NCBI GenBank assembly: GCA_010093605.1
Contig: MU004181.1
Location: 1,860,001-1,924,000, forward strand
Length of the DNA stretch: 64,000 bases
Direction: 5' to 3'
From: Lophium mytilinum
Lineage: Eukaryota
The first letter of the stretch is position 1. Each line of letters begins with the position of its first letter. Of the stretch, positions 1-13,467 are shown piece by piece. A model generated the notes under the pieces. It saw only the letters and a program-made list of their open reading frames with translations. It searched no databases and was not told the origin of the DNA. Position numbers and translations under genes: made by a program.

Positions 1-176
1 CTAGATCCGACGATGCTCCAGTAAACACACGCCTCGACACGATCCAGCCTGCAGCCGCCCTCTATAACCTCGTGCCCGCCCGACACCAGGCCCCGCGCCC
101 CTAGAATCCCGTTTGCTCCCCAGGACCATGTCGTTATAGCAGCCGTCCCACTGAGGCCTTGCCTACGCTCACAGCT

Positions 177-3100
177 ATGAGTTCCCCGAGTCTCTCCGCA
201 CGCTCCTCCGAGCTGCACCTCAATGGCGATACCCGCGCGACACGTCCGCGTATCCCCTCTCCCCAGCGTTCCTTTGGCCGCATGTCGTCAAAACACTTCA
301 TCATCACCTCGATTCCCCTAACAGTCACACCCGCTTCTGCCATAAGCAACTCCTCCTCACGCAACAGCCCGGCCTCCACGCCCTCCCAAATGGCGGCCAA
401 CAGCTCCCTCCAGTCCACGCCCGAGGGCCTGGTCCCGGTTTCCCAACCCCTCGCGACACCGGCGCCGCTATCCCTCGGAGAATCGTATATGCTTCCTCCA
501 GCCTCGCCCTCCGCTATGGCCGTAGCCCTCGGCAAAGGGCCCAGCCTGATACGGAGGGTGTCCCGAGGAGCGCAAGGGATACCGAACCGGTTTCGACGGC
601 ACGGTCACCGTGACAGCAGCTGTGGTCCCGTCATTATGCGGCGCCGTAGCGACAGCAGAGGCGTCGCGGACAACTACATGGACATTTCAGACCTCGAGCT
701 CGGGGATCTAGATGACGAGGAGGCCGTCGAGGACCTTACACATTCCTCCCAGGACCCACACAACGCGCTTGGAATCACTGCTGGCCGGCCAAGCGTCACC
801 TCGGCACCCGACCCAGGCGTCGTTGCCCCGATCCGCTCTTCCCTTCTGCAACAAGGTACGACACTCACCAAAGTGCACAAGGGGAAAGAAAAGAAAATCA
901 AATTTCGAATGGACTTTGAGTCCGCAAAAGTTTGCTGGGATTCCGCGCGGTTGTCAAAACAATTCTACATCGATGATGTTCGAGACTTCCGCATTGGTAA
1001 GGAGGCCCGGAATTACCGCGAAGAAAACGGAATCGCCGAGAAGTACGAGCCCTTGTGGTTCACAATCATCTACTCAGACAGCAGATCAAAAACCCGGCCT
1101 CCCAAGCATCTGCACCTGATAGCGCCTACACCGGGCATCTTTGATCTGTGGATCAACACCCTGGAGTTGGTCTCGCGAAGTCGCCTCAACATGATGGCGG
1201 GGTTGGTTGACGCGACCGAGAAAAGTGCCAAGTCGTTCTGGCGACACGCGATGGATAAAAAGTTTGATAGGAGTGAGCACGCCGAGGAAGACGAGACCAT
1301 GGATTTGCAGGGGGTGTTGAAGCTTTGCCGAAGCCTGCACATCAACACTTCCGAGAACTCTATTCGTAGCCACTTCGACAAAGCCGTCAGTGAGAACTCG
1401 CGTGTTCTGACCCAAGCTCAATTCTTGATGTTTGTGAAAAGGCTCAAGGAGCGCCAAGATATTAAGAAAATCTACAAAGAGATCAAATCGAACAGCCCAA
1501 CTGGCCTCGTCGACAAAAGTGCATTTCTGGCCTTCTTAAAGCACTCTCAAGGAGTCGATGTGCAAGCTGACCTGGAACATTGGACCAACGTCTTCGAGAA
1601 GTACGCCCGCGCGTCGAAACCAAAGGCAACGGCATCACCACAGCTTAGCAGCGAGTCAATGTTTCTCACGATGAGTTCGCAAGCGTTCCAGGCCTTTCTC
1701 TCGTCCACTCACAATTCTACGTATGCGCCTGCTAGTCCGGAACCCAAGTTTGACCGTCCCCTCAATGAATACTTCATATCTAGCTCTCACAACACGTATC
1801 TGCTAGGTCGCCAAGTCGCTGGTGAGTCAAGCACTGAAGCGTACATCACTGCTCTTCAGAAAGGCTGCCGATGCATCGAGGTCGATTGCTGGGATGGTAG
1901 TGACGGCAAGCCCGTTGTTATGCACGGCCGCACCCTTACCAAAAGCATTCCCTTTCTTGATACTATCAAAGTCATCGCCAAGTATGCATTCGTTTCATCT
2001 CCATATCCGGTGATCATCTCGCTGGAAGTCCATTGCAATCCTGCCCAGCAAGAAATCATGACACAGAACATGAAAGCTGAATTTGGGGACGCGCTCCTGC
2101 TAGACCCCTTAGATGATTCGAAGACACTGCCATCTCCTGAAGCTTTAAAAGGGAAAATTCTAGTCAAAGTCAAAGCCGCTGCTGAAGATACTGACGACAC
2201 CACCGTCGTAAATGAGCTTACGACTCAACGGCGGCAGCGGAGTTTCAGTTCTCCGTTCTCACGACCGACGGTTTTTGCAGACCAGGGCCCGATGTTGTAT
2301 AGTCCGCAATCAATTAGCCCTCCGGAACGACCTGGCTTTCTTTGGGCATCGCCCAGGACCTCGACAACTTCCACTGTGGGCACCACTACTACGACTCCAG
2401 GCACAATAGGGAGCATCAGCTGTAGCTCGGACGAAAGCGATACTCCACACGCTCCCACACCACCGGAGAAAAAGAAGAAGAAGAATACCAGTAAAATCAC
2501 GAAGGTGCTCGGCGATCTTGGCGTCTACACCCGCGGTATAAAATTCTCCGACTTCACAGGCCAGGACGCAAGCACCTACAACCACGTATTCTCCTTTGCC
2601 GAGCGAACCTTTGACAGGCTATGCAAGGCCGAAGGCGACACCAAAAGACTCATCGAAGAGCACAACATGCGCGCCTTCATGCGTGTGTATCCCTCTGGCC
2701 ATCGCATTTATTCCTCAAACTTCGATCCCACGAAGTTTTGGCGACGTGGTGTCCAGATGGCGGCGCTCAACTGGCAGACCTACGATGTTCCTCAGCAACT
2801 CAACGAGGCCATGTTCGCTGCTGGCAACGATCGGCTAGGATACGTCCTCAAGCCCGATGAGCTTCGGCCTGGCCACTTCCCTGTCAAGGGTGCCAGCAAG
2901 ACACCGAAGAAGCTCGTCAAGTTTACAGTGGACAGAATCACTGCCCAACAGCTTCCTCGTCCCAGCGGTCTCAGCTCGGACTCGAACATCAACCCATACA
3001 TCGAATTCGAAATGCATTTTGCGGAAGACAAAGGACGAGGAATTGCTACCTGCGAAGGTGGAGAGGACGCCTCTGATAGACGTGGCATGGCAGGAATCGG

Positions 3101-3611
3101 AGAGCCGGTCCGTGTCCGCACTATTACTGCCCCGGGCAATGGTTATGATCCGGAGTGGCAAGATACCATCACGATGAGCTGCGAGACCAGGTATCCAAGC
3201 CTTGTGTTCGTCCGATGGACCGTCTACAATTCACTAGATGGCCGCAACAAAGGAGGGATAGCCCTTGCCACCTTCACCGCAAAGCTGAGTAGTCTGCAAC
3301 AAGGTTACCGCCATCTCCCACTATACGACGTCAGCGGCGAGCAATATCTATTCTCGACACTTTTCTGTCGCATCAAGAAAGAAGGTCATGTCTTAGTTGC
3401 GGAGACTCAGGCTCCATTCGAACGGACACTATCTAGTCCGGGGCATATGGAACCTCTAGAGCTGCCAAAAGAAGGAGAAAGAGCCTCACGAGGCATCCTC
3501 AAAAAGCTGCTCACTCGTACACCCAGCGACCGCAAAAAGCGAAAGGAGAGCGAGTCAAAAGAAAGAAACGGATCACTCTTCAGCCGCAGTAACACGATCG
3601 AACGACAATAA
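177..3611 (+). CDS. PLC1: Phosphoinositide-specific phospholipase C (PH, EF-hand-like, X-box, Y-box, C2)
   Basis: Uninterrupted ORF, first in-frame ATG at 177. X-box PLNEYFISSSHNTYL...GCRCIEVDCWDG...VMHGRTLT with both catalytic His. Y-box RVYPSGHRIYSSNFDP...GVQMAALNWQT. C2 tail LQQGYRHLPLY. Confidence 0.97.
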   Translation: MSSPSLSARSSELHLNGDTRATRPRIPSPQRSFGRMSSKHFIITSIPLTVTPASAISNSSSRNSPASTPSQMAANSSLQSTPEGLVPVSQPLATPAPLSLGESYMLPPASPSAMAVALGKGPSLIRRVSRGAQGIPNRFRRHGHRDSSCGPVIMRRRSDSRGVADNYMDISDLELGDLDDEEAVEDLTHSSQDPHNALGITAGRPSVTSAPDPGVVAPIRSSLLQQGTTLTKVHKGKEKKIKFRMDFESAKVCWDSARLSKQFYIDDVRDFRIGKEARNYREENGIAEKYEPLWFTIIYSDSRSKTRPPKHLHLIAPTPGIFDLWINTLELVSRSRLNMMAGLVDATEKSAKSFWRHAMDKKFDRSEHAEEDETMDLQGVLKLCRSLHINTSENSIRSHFDKAVSENSRVLTQAQFLMFVKRLKERQDIKKIYKEIKSNSPTGLVDKSAFLAFLKHSQGVDVQADLEHWTNVFEKYARASKPKATASPQLSSESMFLTMSSQAFQAFLSSTHNSTYAPASPEPKFDRPLNEYFISSSHNTYLLGRQVAGESSTEAYITALQKGCRCIEVDCWDGSDGKPVVMHGRTLTKSIPFLDTIKVIAKYAFVSSPYPVIISLEVHCNPAQQEIMTQNMKAEFGDALLLDPLDDSKTLPSPEALKGKILVKVKAAAEDTDDTTVVNELTTQRRQRSFSSPFSRPTVFADQGPMLYSPQSISPPERPGFLWASPRTSTTSTVGTTTTTPGTIGSISCSSDESDTPHAPTPPEKKKKKNTSKITKVLGDLGVYTRGIKFSDFTGQDASTYNHVFSFAERTFDRLCKAEGDTKRLIEEHNMRAFMRVYPSGHRIYSSNFDPTKFWRRGVQMAALNWQTYDVPQQLNEAMFAAGNDRLGYVLKPDELRPGHFPVKGASKTPKKLVKFTVDRITAQQLPRPSGLSSDSNINPYIEFEMHFAEDKGRGIATCEGGEDASDRRGMAGIGEPVRVRTITAPGNGYDPEWQDTITMSCETRYPSLVFVRWTVYNSLDGRNKGGIALATFTAKLSSLQQGYRHLPLYDVSGEQYLFSTLFCRIKKEGHVLVAETQAPFERTLSSPGHMEPLELPKEGERASRGILKKLLTRTPSDRKKRKESESKERNGSLFSRSNTIERQ

Positions 3612-6600
3612 CGCTACACAACCTTTCCGCCGCATCTCGCGGTAAAACATTTCTTGTATCATATTCCCGCGTACTAGCGACCTTTTAGACTTTCTTTTGT
3701 TTTGCGGATTTTGGTGTTACTCGGAGTTTCACAATCACACACACCGGGGCGGCTTTTTGTAACCATACCACGGACCCTTTTTCTGAGGTTGGCGCACTCG
3801 CTATGATTTTATACCCCAGTAATAGTCGCATGGATCTTGATTTTGGGCTTCTCGGTGTTTTTTTGGGAAATAGGAGTCGTGATCAACAAATTGCCGACTA
3901 CCAAGGGGACAGGAGTTTCGATTCTTTATTCTTCGTGTCCGTCAGGGACTACCGAAACTATAGACTGTTCGCGCGCCTACAGTGGCACCACTCATTTTCT
4001 TTCACTTCAATCTATCTCTTTCAATTTCGAAGCTAGGGCTTGGGGCTCATTGGGAGGCAGGATTTTCAATTCTTTGGCTGTGCGGGCTTTTCGCGCTGGA
4101 TCGTTTCTTGTCCAACCTTTCTATGTATGCTGGCATCTGAGAGTGGAATTGCATAGCTTGTGTCATTGTCCTTAAGGGACCAACAGAGTGCTCTGCAGCC
4201 AGACCTGCAGCGAGGGGGGGTCGATTCTTGGCTGGGCTGAGGATGAGGCTTAGGTTACAATCAAAACCCCGTTTATTGTCACGGCGAAGAAGGCCTGATG
4301 ACGACCCACCACTGTACTTGAACCAAACCTCTCTACCCTTGATGCATGCGATTTCCTCGATTGTCTGACGGACGCCTAACAGCCGAAGTGGTTCTATGCC
4401 AATCCAACCCTTCCACCCTCGCCAATTTAATCCCGCACGAAAAAGTCTATTTCGGAATCCTCGTGCTCAGCCTCAGGCAAAACTCCACTCCTGCACTCCA
4501 ATCTCGCTGAGCTTACCGGGAATAGGCATGCAATAGCCACGGTCCCTATCCGGTCACCATCGCCGGGCGATACGAGCCCTCGAACACGATACGAACTTCG
4601 ATTACGGGACTTGGGAGCCGAGGGCCACTTCAGAATCAAAGAAAAAAGATGACGAGGCACAAACCTACCACGCCTACCTCGACGCTAAAGGGCCGTGCTG
4701 ACGCGGCAGTAGGCAAGTTGTAGCGAATATCTACACGAACGACAAATACTCCACTTCGCGCTGAACACGTAAATGGTCGGATGGGTTGTGCCGGCCTGGC
4801 ATTATTGGCATGGCATGGCACCCATTCCTAACCAGCTTATCGAAACATTCTTACATTCCCGCATTAGCTTTCCAACCCACACCAGATCCTGGACCCTGCA
4901 TGCATCGCGAACTGGAGTTCAGCGCTGGCAAAGGCAAGGTGGGGTTGGGTGGAGTGGAGAAGAAGAAGCGAGCGGTGCGTGCATGCATCCGACAGCTGAG
5001 CGGTTGCAAGGATGTGATGGCAGAAACAACGAAAACGCAACGTTCTCTTTGATCCTGGCTCCCTGTTGGGGATAACATGCAATCCTTCATGCACCCCGCA
5101 CTGCGGTGCAGCGCCCCGGCACGCGCGCAGCACGCAATAGAAGGGGCCAATTGTGGGCGCAGCGCGCGGTCGAGGGCGAGGGGGATCAGCCGGGTGGGCC
5201 CGTGAGGGTGTGCTGGCTCTTTCGCTGTGGGCGGTTCGCCTCACTTTCTGCTGCCGCTAGCTGAGGGGTGGGGTGAGGTGAGGTGGGCGGACTTGGGTCC
5301 GTTTGGATTTTGAAGGAGGTGGGAGGTGTAGCCGGTGAGGCTTGGCGGATTTTGTTTATCTAGGCTGGATGGAGGATATGGTGTGTTTTGGGTTGGGCGT
5401 GCGTACGTAGCATGGTTTGGTTGGTGGTTTCATGCTGTGAGATGTTTGGGATTATATGCGGGTCTCGGTGGCACACACTTGGGGTGGCGCAGATTTTACT
5501 ACCTGGCAGGCTGGGTACAGTGGGAAGGTAGGTACTCTAGGATACCCAGGCACGTTTTCAGACGAAGGAGCTGGTCCTGTATAGCTAGTTTGGGGAGTTG
5601 GAAGGGGTACGAGTGGAGCACTGTCGGACAGTTTTAGATCGACTTCCTGGATGAACTCTCTTGTCGTGATGTTCCTTTCCAGCACAGTGGCTTGGGACTG
5701 TCTGGAACGCCTACGAGGCCCACTCTACTTCAATCTCAATGCTGGGTGGGATTAGTTGAAGGGATACCTAGGTCCCCGGGATCAGATATCGGTCCTGCAA
5801 AGGCCATCTTTTCGGCGGGAGGTAATTTCCAGGGGGAGTGGCGGGTAAGAGAACTGGCAGGAAATGGGGCAACTTACTTGCCTGCCCGATGCCTCCGAAG
5901 GTACCTTAGGGTATTATAACAGTGGGACCTGGGATTCCAGAGTTAGTCCTATCGCTAGTCGGAGGTGATGGTTGAAGCATAATAAAAGATATCAGCTTCT
6001 TGATATGAATTCTTTGACTATGGATATTGGGCGGCTATCGGCGGTATACTAGAGTGTCTCTGTAGGAATTTGAGTTATAGTCTCCTCTTGGACACCGCAT
6101 TGTCCTACCCCTGCGACTATTGTAAACGCTCTCCACTCGGGAGTGATAAGAATGCGTGTCGAGCTTGTAGTCGTGGGTTGCTAACAACATTGCACTGGAA
6201 AGACTTTTAGATTTTCTGTGAGCAAGCAAGGTACTGCATCCAGAATTCACAAGCCTCAGAACAAAACGCCTGTATTTACTTACTAGAGAAAGCCCGTATT
6301 TGCTGTGCATCACATAGTATAACGAGTGAAAGGTGGTTTCATTACTCTGACAAAGCCAAGAAGGAAATGAATCCGAACTCTATCTGGAATTCGAACTGTC
6401 ACCTATTTTTCTACTCCTAGGCAGTTCCCACCACAGTATCGTGACATATAGATAGTGTTCACGTATGTACCTTATGCCAGCCAGAATACCAGCTTACCAT
6501 GTGAAATTACTAACAGCTTTCTGAGAGTCGGGGCCTCGCGGGCCGCCCGGAGTTCTGTCGCATTCCCTTATATGACGAGACAGAAGGGAGAAACGAACAT

Positions 6601-7700
6601 GAATCATATAGATAGCGTGTGAGGAAAGGAGACACTACAGTTGACACTGCAATGGAGGACCAACGGGAGTCTCTCAGCTTCAGAAGGATAGCTTTCGTAG
6701 GCTCCATGGTACCTGGTAAAGTGTCGAAAATAGGTCAGTGCATACCAACCTATCACTCAAGAATTCAGGATAAGCATACAAAGTAGAATGCTGTTGAGCG
6801 TTAGTCTGTTGGTAGATGCCCTTCACCGTTCAACGAATTGGTTAAGGACAGCGTGCTCAGCTAGCGGCGAACGTTGCCTGATAGAAAAGTAAAGTCCGGG
6901 TGGTATAACTAATTCTTAGGTTGAACTCACCAGAGCATGCTACTGCGCCACTGTAACCTGAGGAAGGCAACGAAATTTGAATCTACGCCCCGATAGAGGC
7001 TGAAAGGACCATTTTAATCTTGAGGACGACCATCGTCCGATAGTTAGCACATTGCTGTACCCGAGGGACATAGAATGATTATACTGCGATTGTAACGCCG
7101 CCGTTGGGGCAACACAGTTAAAATGAAAACTTGAAATATAGTTGTGTACTCGAGGAAGAAGTGAACGGGTCGGAGATGGAAGGACATTGGATGCTACCGA
7201 GAGAAATGTGTAGAGAGAGCTGATGGAGCATGTGAAAGCGAAAACTGGTGAAGCAAGGATCAACGTAGAATGCTCAAGTCTCGAGGCTCAACACGTTCTA
7301 CAAGTTTCGAAACAGTTGCGTATCTCCCCTACTGATGAATTATCGTGTCGAGGGTGATGTCAGGGAGACGAAGGGAGACGGAGTAGGTGCACCTGCATGG
7401 ATGTCAAGCGTGCCAAGGCCACTCATAAAGCTGCCGCTGCTCTGCGGCTCCTCGACTTTTGCCGCAACTCCCACCACCCATCTCCACCCCCCACACTCGC
7501 ATCTACACCACTCGCCGGGGATGGTCTGAAGAGCTTCTACAGCTCCCGACCTTTTCCATTCACCAGAGAGGCAAATCTGCCATCCATACCACCGGCCCGG
7601 CGCCGCGCCCGCCAAACCTTCTCCCACCTTGGACCCCCGAACTTTTTCTGCGCCTGTACACCACCTACCTAGACCTGAGCACCAAGCTTATTAGACCATC

Positions 7701-10700
7701 ATGGAGGGCGCCTTTACGCATATGGGCAACCACCTGGTCTCCGACTCGGCCTCGACCATCAACGCTGGCGCTGCGGATGACGAAAGCATCCTGGATGGAG
7801 ACCTTGGCCGCAGCACTCTTGCCGGCTCCAGGAGGCGGAGGGTAGATGACGACGAAGAGACTGATATCTACGATGACGATGATATGGAGAGTATGGCCAG
7901 TATGGCTGTCGACGGTGTCAACGGCAAGGCTGGAGCGAAGGTGGAGGAGGAGGTTGAGCTCCCCCCACATGCTTGCGCGTAAGTTCTGCAACCCCCATCC
8001 TCTGCTGAAGCAAAGCTAATGTGTTCCCTCCTTTAGGTACTGCGGCATTCATAACTCCAGCAGCGTTGTCAAATGCCTCGCCTGCAGCAAGTGGTTCTGC
8101 AGTGCCCGTGGCAATACGTCCTCATCGCACATCATCAATCACCTGGTCCGAGCGCGCCATAAGGAAGTCCAACTGCACCCTCTATCCTCGCTAGGAGATA
8201 CTGTTCTGGAATGTTACAACTGCGGAACCAAGAACGTCTTCCTTCTCGGCTTTATACCTGCAAAATCGGATACTGTTGTAGTCTTGCTCTGCCGACAGCC
8301 ATGCGCCGCTATGCCGTCACAGAAGGACATGAATTGGGATACCTCACGCTGGCAACCCCTCATTGAAGATCGTTCTTTTCTGACCTGGCTTGTGTCTCCT
8401 CCCACCGATCAGGAACAGCTACGTGCTCGCCATCTTAGCCCGCAGATGATTGCTAAGTTGGAGGAACTCTGGAAGGATAATGCTAGTGCCACAATTGCAG
8501 ACTTAGAGAAAGGCGCTGGCCAGGAGGACGAGCTCGCTCCGGTACTTCTCCGCTATGACGATGCCTTCCAATACCAAAATGTCTTTGGTCCGTTGGTCAA
8601 GATCGAAGCCGATTATGATCGCAAACTTAAGGAATCCCAATCCCAGGATCAGCTAATAGTGCGCTGGGACATGGGACTCAACAACAAGCACTTAGCTAGT
8701 TTCATTCTTCCCAAGTTGGAGCTCGGGGATGTCAAGCTCGCTGTTGGTGATGAGATGCGCTTGCGATATACCGGGGAACTGCGACCTCACTGGGAAGGGG
8801 TAGGATATGTGATCAAGATTCCAAACAACCAATCCGACGAGGTAACGATCGAGCTCCGGACCAAAGGCGACCACAAATCCGTTCCCACCGAATGCACGCA
8901 TAACTTCAGCGCCGACTACGTCTGGAAGGCTACCTCTTTCGACCGCATGCAGCACGCAATGAAGACCTTTGCCATTGACGAAATGAGTGTTTCTGGTTAT
9001 ATTTTCCACCGCCTTCTCGGCCATGAAGTTGCTGCGGCACCCATGAAAACTCAGATGCCTCGGAAATTTAGCGTCCCAGGACTCCCAGAGCTGAACGCTA
9101 GTCAAATCAACGCTGTCAAGAGCGTCCTGCAGAAGCCGTTGAGCCTGATTCAAGGACCTCCAGGTACTGGCAAGACCGTCACGTCTGCTACCATCATCTA
9201 TCATCTTTCGAAGATCAGCCAGGGCCAGGTTTTGGTCTGTGCCCCCTCAAACGTGGCTGTCGACCAGCTATGTGAGCGCATTCACCGCACAGGCTTGAAG
9301 ACTGTTCGTGTCACTGCCAAGTCACGAGAGGACGTCGAATCACCTGTTGGATTTCTCTCTCTCCACGAGCAAGTCCGCATGAACGACACCAATGTGGAAC
9401 TCAACAAATTGAATCAGCTCAAAGGCGAACTTGGCGAGTTATCTAGCCAGGATGAAAAGAAGTTCAAACAGCTCACCCGCGCTGCCGAGCGAGAGATCTT
9501 GAACAACGCTGATGTTATTTGCTGTACTTGCGTCGGCGCAGGAGATCCCCGTCTATCCAAACTCAAGTTCCGTACCGTACTCATTGACGAGTCGACACAA
9601 TCTGCGGAACCTGAATGCATGATTCCCTTGGTGCTCGGCTGCAAGCAAGTCGTTCTAGTTGGTGACCACCAACAATTAGGACCTGTCATCATGAACAAGA
9701 AGGCCGCAAAGGCAGGGCTGAACCAGTCTCTTTTCGAGCGCCTGGTCATTCTTGGCTGTGCCCCTATCCGGCTCCAGGTGCAGTATCGAATGCATCCATG
9801 CCTCTCTGAGTTCCCTTCCAACATGTTCTACGAAGGTTCCTTGCAGAACGGCGTTACTATGCAGCAGCGCCTTCGTCGCGATGTCGACTTTCCCTGGCCC
9901 GTTGCGGACTCACCTATGATGTTCTGGTCTAATCTGGGCAATGAGGAAATTTCGGCTTCCGGTACCTCCTATCTTAATCGCACTGAAGCGTCCAACGTGG
10001 AAAAGATTGTGACTAGGTTCTTCAAGGCCGGAGTTCAACCTCAGGATATTGGCATCATTACCCCTTACGAAGGTCAGCGCAGCTATGTTGTCAGCTCCAT
10101 GCAGGCAACCGGGAGCTTCAAGAAGGAGAATTACAAGGAGATTGAAGTGGCCTCAGTGGACGCGTTCCAGGGTCGTGAAAAGGACTTCATCGTTCTTTCC
10201 TGCGTCCGTTCCAATGACCATCAAGGCATCGGTTTCTTGAGTGACCCACGTCGTCTCAACGTTGCGCTTACTCGAGCCAAGTATGGATTGGTCATTCTCG
10301 GGAACCCGAAGGTTTTGTCGAAGCATCCCTTGTGGCACTACCTTTTGCTCCATTTCAAGGAGCGCAATTGCCTGGTCGAGGGGCCGTTGTCCAATCTTCA
10401 GGTATCCTTGCTCCAGTTCAGTCGCCCGAAGCAGAGTTACCGCGGTCCACAACGCTACCAGATGGCATTTCAACATGCCAACAACATGACGACCGGACGT
10501 CCTAGTGCCAACGGCAAATCGTCTCGACAAGAATATAACGACAACGGGTCCATTCTTGGCTATATCCCAGATGATGTTTCGTCTGTCCACTCCTCTGCTC
10601 TTGGCGGCGTTGGCGTCTCATCCAACTATCCTCCAATGTTTTCCGGTTTCGCGGAGCAGTGGCCGACTCTGGCGGGAGGCCGAGGTGGTCCAGGGCAGAA

Positions 10701-11034
10701 AGCCAAAGGCAATGGTGTTGCCGGCAGCGTTGCGGGCGAGTCGGTTGCTGCGAGCGACATCACAGATACTAAGAGCACCACCACTGACACCAAAGGAGGC
10801 GTCAGCCTTGCCGGTCTTAGTTTGAGTGACCTGCAGAAGCCTACGTCTCTCAGTCAGTCAGACCGTCTCAAGCGATACGTGGAGGCTAGTGGACGCAACG
10901 ACAATGTGGCCGGTGGATATGCTGGCGTCCGTGGAATTCACGGTGGGCTGGGTAATTTTGATGACGACGACTCTCGCAGCGTTTCCACGGCGTTCGCTAG
11001 CCAGATCGGAGGTTTGAGGAGCAGTTACGAGTGA
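7701..11034 (+). CDS. UPF1: Nonsense-mediated decay RNA helicase Upf1
   Basis: Exon 1 7701-7978, intron 7979-8036 (GTAAGT...GCTAAT...TTTAG), exon 2 to TGA 11034. Splicing restores HACAYCG of the CH zinc domain. SF1 helicase motifs [49 protein letters not shown]. Confidence 0.98.
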
Positions 11035-13467
11035 TCGCCTACGTTTTCCCGCGAGACACGTGCCTCTGCCTACATCTCTCGAGACTCATGGGCTCACCAA
11101 CCGCCCAGAACCGGTCGTCGCCCGATAGGTCGATAACCGGTTTCCAAGCGGTGGTCAGACCCTGAAACAAGGGAAGGATAACGAAAGCGAAAGCTCAGCG
11201 TACATGTTCGATATCAACAGCTCCACAGACACCCAACCTACACCCTTACCGCCCTTGATACCGCCTCTACTACGATCCATACGCGCGATCGTCCATCGCA
11301 TAAGCCCTTTGCTCGGCGCCATAGCGGATCTACACCAGGGGATAACCAGCAGATATGTCCTGGATGCCTAGAGCTACGTATAGAGATGCATCGGCTTGCT
11401 GGCCTGCTCCATCAGCGGTTTGCGACTCTCATTGGAAGAGTTGCCGATACTGTTTAGACGGAGGAGGTAGTTGGTCCTGCGAAGTTGCAGCAGGTCACTT
11501 GCGGACGTTTTCTCTCTTGGTATTTGATTTGACTGCGGCAATTTGGGGAAGTGGACGGTGCGCTATACGAGTGAAGCGGGGCACTATGTAGCGCCGTTAG
11601 ATTGCAAATTGCATAAACCGTGGTTTTAGTATTGTCTTTGTTACCTTTGTACCCGTTCACATGCTGTCAGACAATCGTGTTGCTTCCTGCAAAACAAGGC
11701 TAGAAGTCTGTGCACGTACTAATTCTGCTTGAGTGCTAGAGGGTGAGCAAGTGATAGAGAAACAACATAAGGGTTATGAGAAGGTGTGCAGGTTCAGCGT
11801 GGAACGATTACCATGGTCGCACTCAACAGAATATTCCTAGTATGACTTAGCTTCCCAATTTCCAACTCGGGTATAAATACCTGTTATTCCTTGGTACATT
11901 TCAATAAACCAATCAAACCTGGATAGGACTTTGCTCGGGTCACGATCCGTTAGCAATACCATCGTCAGTTCAGTTGGTTCAACCAAAAGAACCACAATAT
12001 GGTGGCTATACCCTCTTAAGGAGGGTAGTGTTTTGCTCCTGGGATTAGATCGGGGAGCGGACATTCCTTTTGCGACTTGGAAGACCGGCATAGGAGACAT
12101 GTAATTTGCTCGCCTAGCTACGCGATGTGTGTTCAGAGAGAGAAAGCTGGATTAAATCTCTTTTCAAGCAACGAGGAATTGATCATGAAAACCTACTTAA
12201 ACGCGGAGTCTGACGAAATGACATACTAGCCATCGTTATGTAAAGCTGCTCCATCATGCAACTGAGATCCTTTAAAAGTGAGCTCAGATGTAGGCGCGTT
12301 GAATTTTTGAAAGCACTGCACAAAGGCCCAGACAAAGATAGTATTACTACTGTTGAAGGAAATATCTAATTCGGCCCCAAGATTCTAAACAGCGCCAACA
12401 CCAGCAAGCTCCAAACTACCATAACCACTTCGCGAAAGCGTATCCAAACTGCATGTAGGCACTGTACAACTCCCTATACATCCAGCCTTCTCTTCGGAAT
12501 TTTCCCAGCGTCAGGAGATCAATCGAACCCCACGTTCCAGTGCCATGGACCTTCACGTGGTTGCGGTGCGTCATTCCCGCCGCTAGTGCGGATCACGATA
12601 AGCGAGGCAGATCTCCTGCAGCGGAAGGAAGGTTTGGCACCCACGTGGAGCGCTAAAAGCGTTGCCAAGACTATGGATTGCAATAGGACCTCGAAGTAAC
12701 AGGTTTTAAGATGTCTGGGGAATGGGTTAAGAAGGTTTCAATTATTTCAGAGGAAGGGCGATGAGTGTAAAGCTTTGTAAGATAATTAGGTGATAGAGGT
12801 TCAACGGATCAAAATAGGTGGGCAATTAGATTCATAGCTCGTAGGACGAGGAGTCTGTAGGATGCTATCTTAGTAGGTGGGAGGGTTGATAAGGGCAAAG
12901 GTGAGCGTATATGGCGGAGGTATTGGTTGAAAGTGCTCAGATAGTATTCTCGCCATCTTGTCATCACGCAAGCTTTAGGTCCCGAAGGCGTTGCACTCGA
13001 AGTCAACACCACCATTTCTCTCTCCTGTAGGAAGCTCTTCATATTGGGGGGACCAAAAATGTGTAGAACAAGCGAGGGACCCGCGGTGCGTAGCATGTAA
13101 CGAGTGCCGGTCATCGCCTCGCCGATGAGAATGTCAAAGTAGAAGTTATGAGCTTGTCGAATTGGACGATACATTCCAGTACGGGTAGCCTCTCGCGAAA
13201 CAACAAAATCAACTATACATAGTAGAAACTTGTGACATAGCAAGACACTTTTGAGTAGTACAGAAATGACAAGACTCCGAGGAATTTTCGTGCTCCTGGA
13301 TACATACTCTTTCCGTTCTAGTTTTCTCGTATGTATGCTCTGCAACTGCATCCCCCATGCTGTGCTGACTAGACTTTACATCTCATCCGAACTTCGAATG
13401 ATGTACCGAGCCACCCAAGACGATGCTAAAGAGGGTTGCATAGACTATCGTCCGGGCACTATATAGC

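Noticed and set aside
3700..7600. Short ORFs and a GC-rich patch between PLC1 and UPF1
   Set aside because: No coding signature, tRNA or other recognisable RNA gene. Treated as UTR or intergenic.
12486..12680. Possible structured RNA or HDV-like ribozyme (CAGGAGATC/GATCTCCTG, GTGCCA/TGGCAC, ACC-TTCACGT-GGT)
   Set aside because: The helices could not be ordered into the HDV topology on one strand, and a 9-bp inverted repeat is expected by chance in 64 kb. An Infernal/Rfam scan would settle it.
12809..13351. 180-aa minus-strand ORF
   Set aside because: No motif or codon-bias support. It lies in the 3' flank of the F-box gene.
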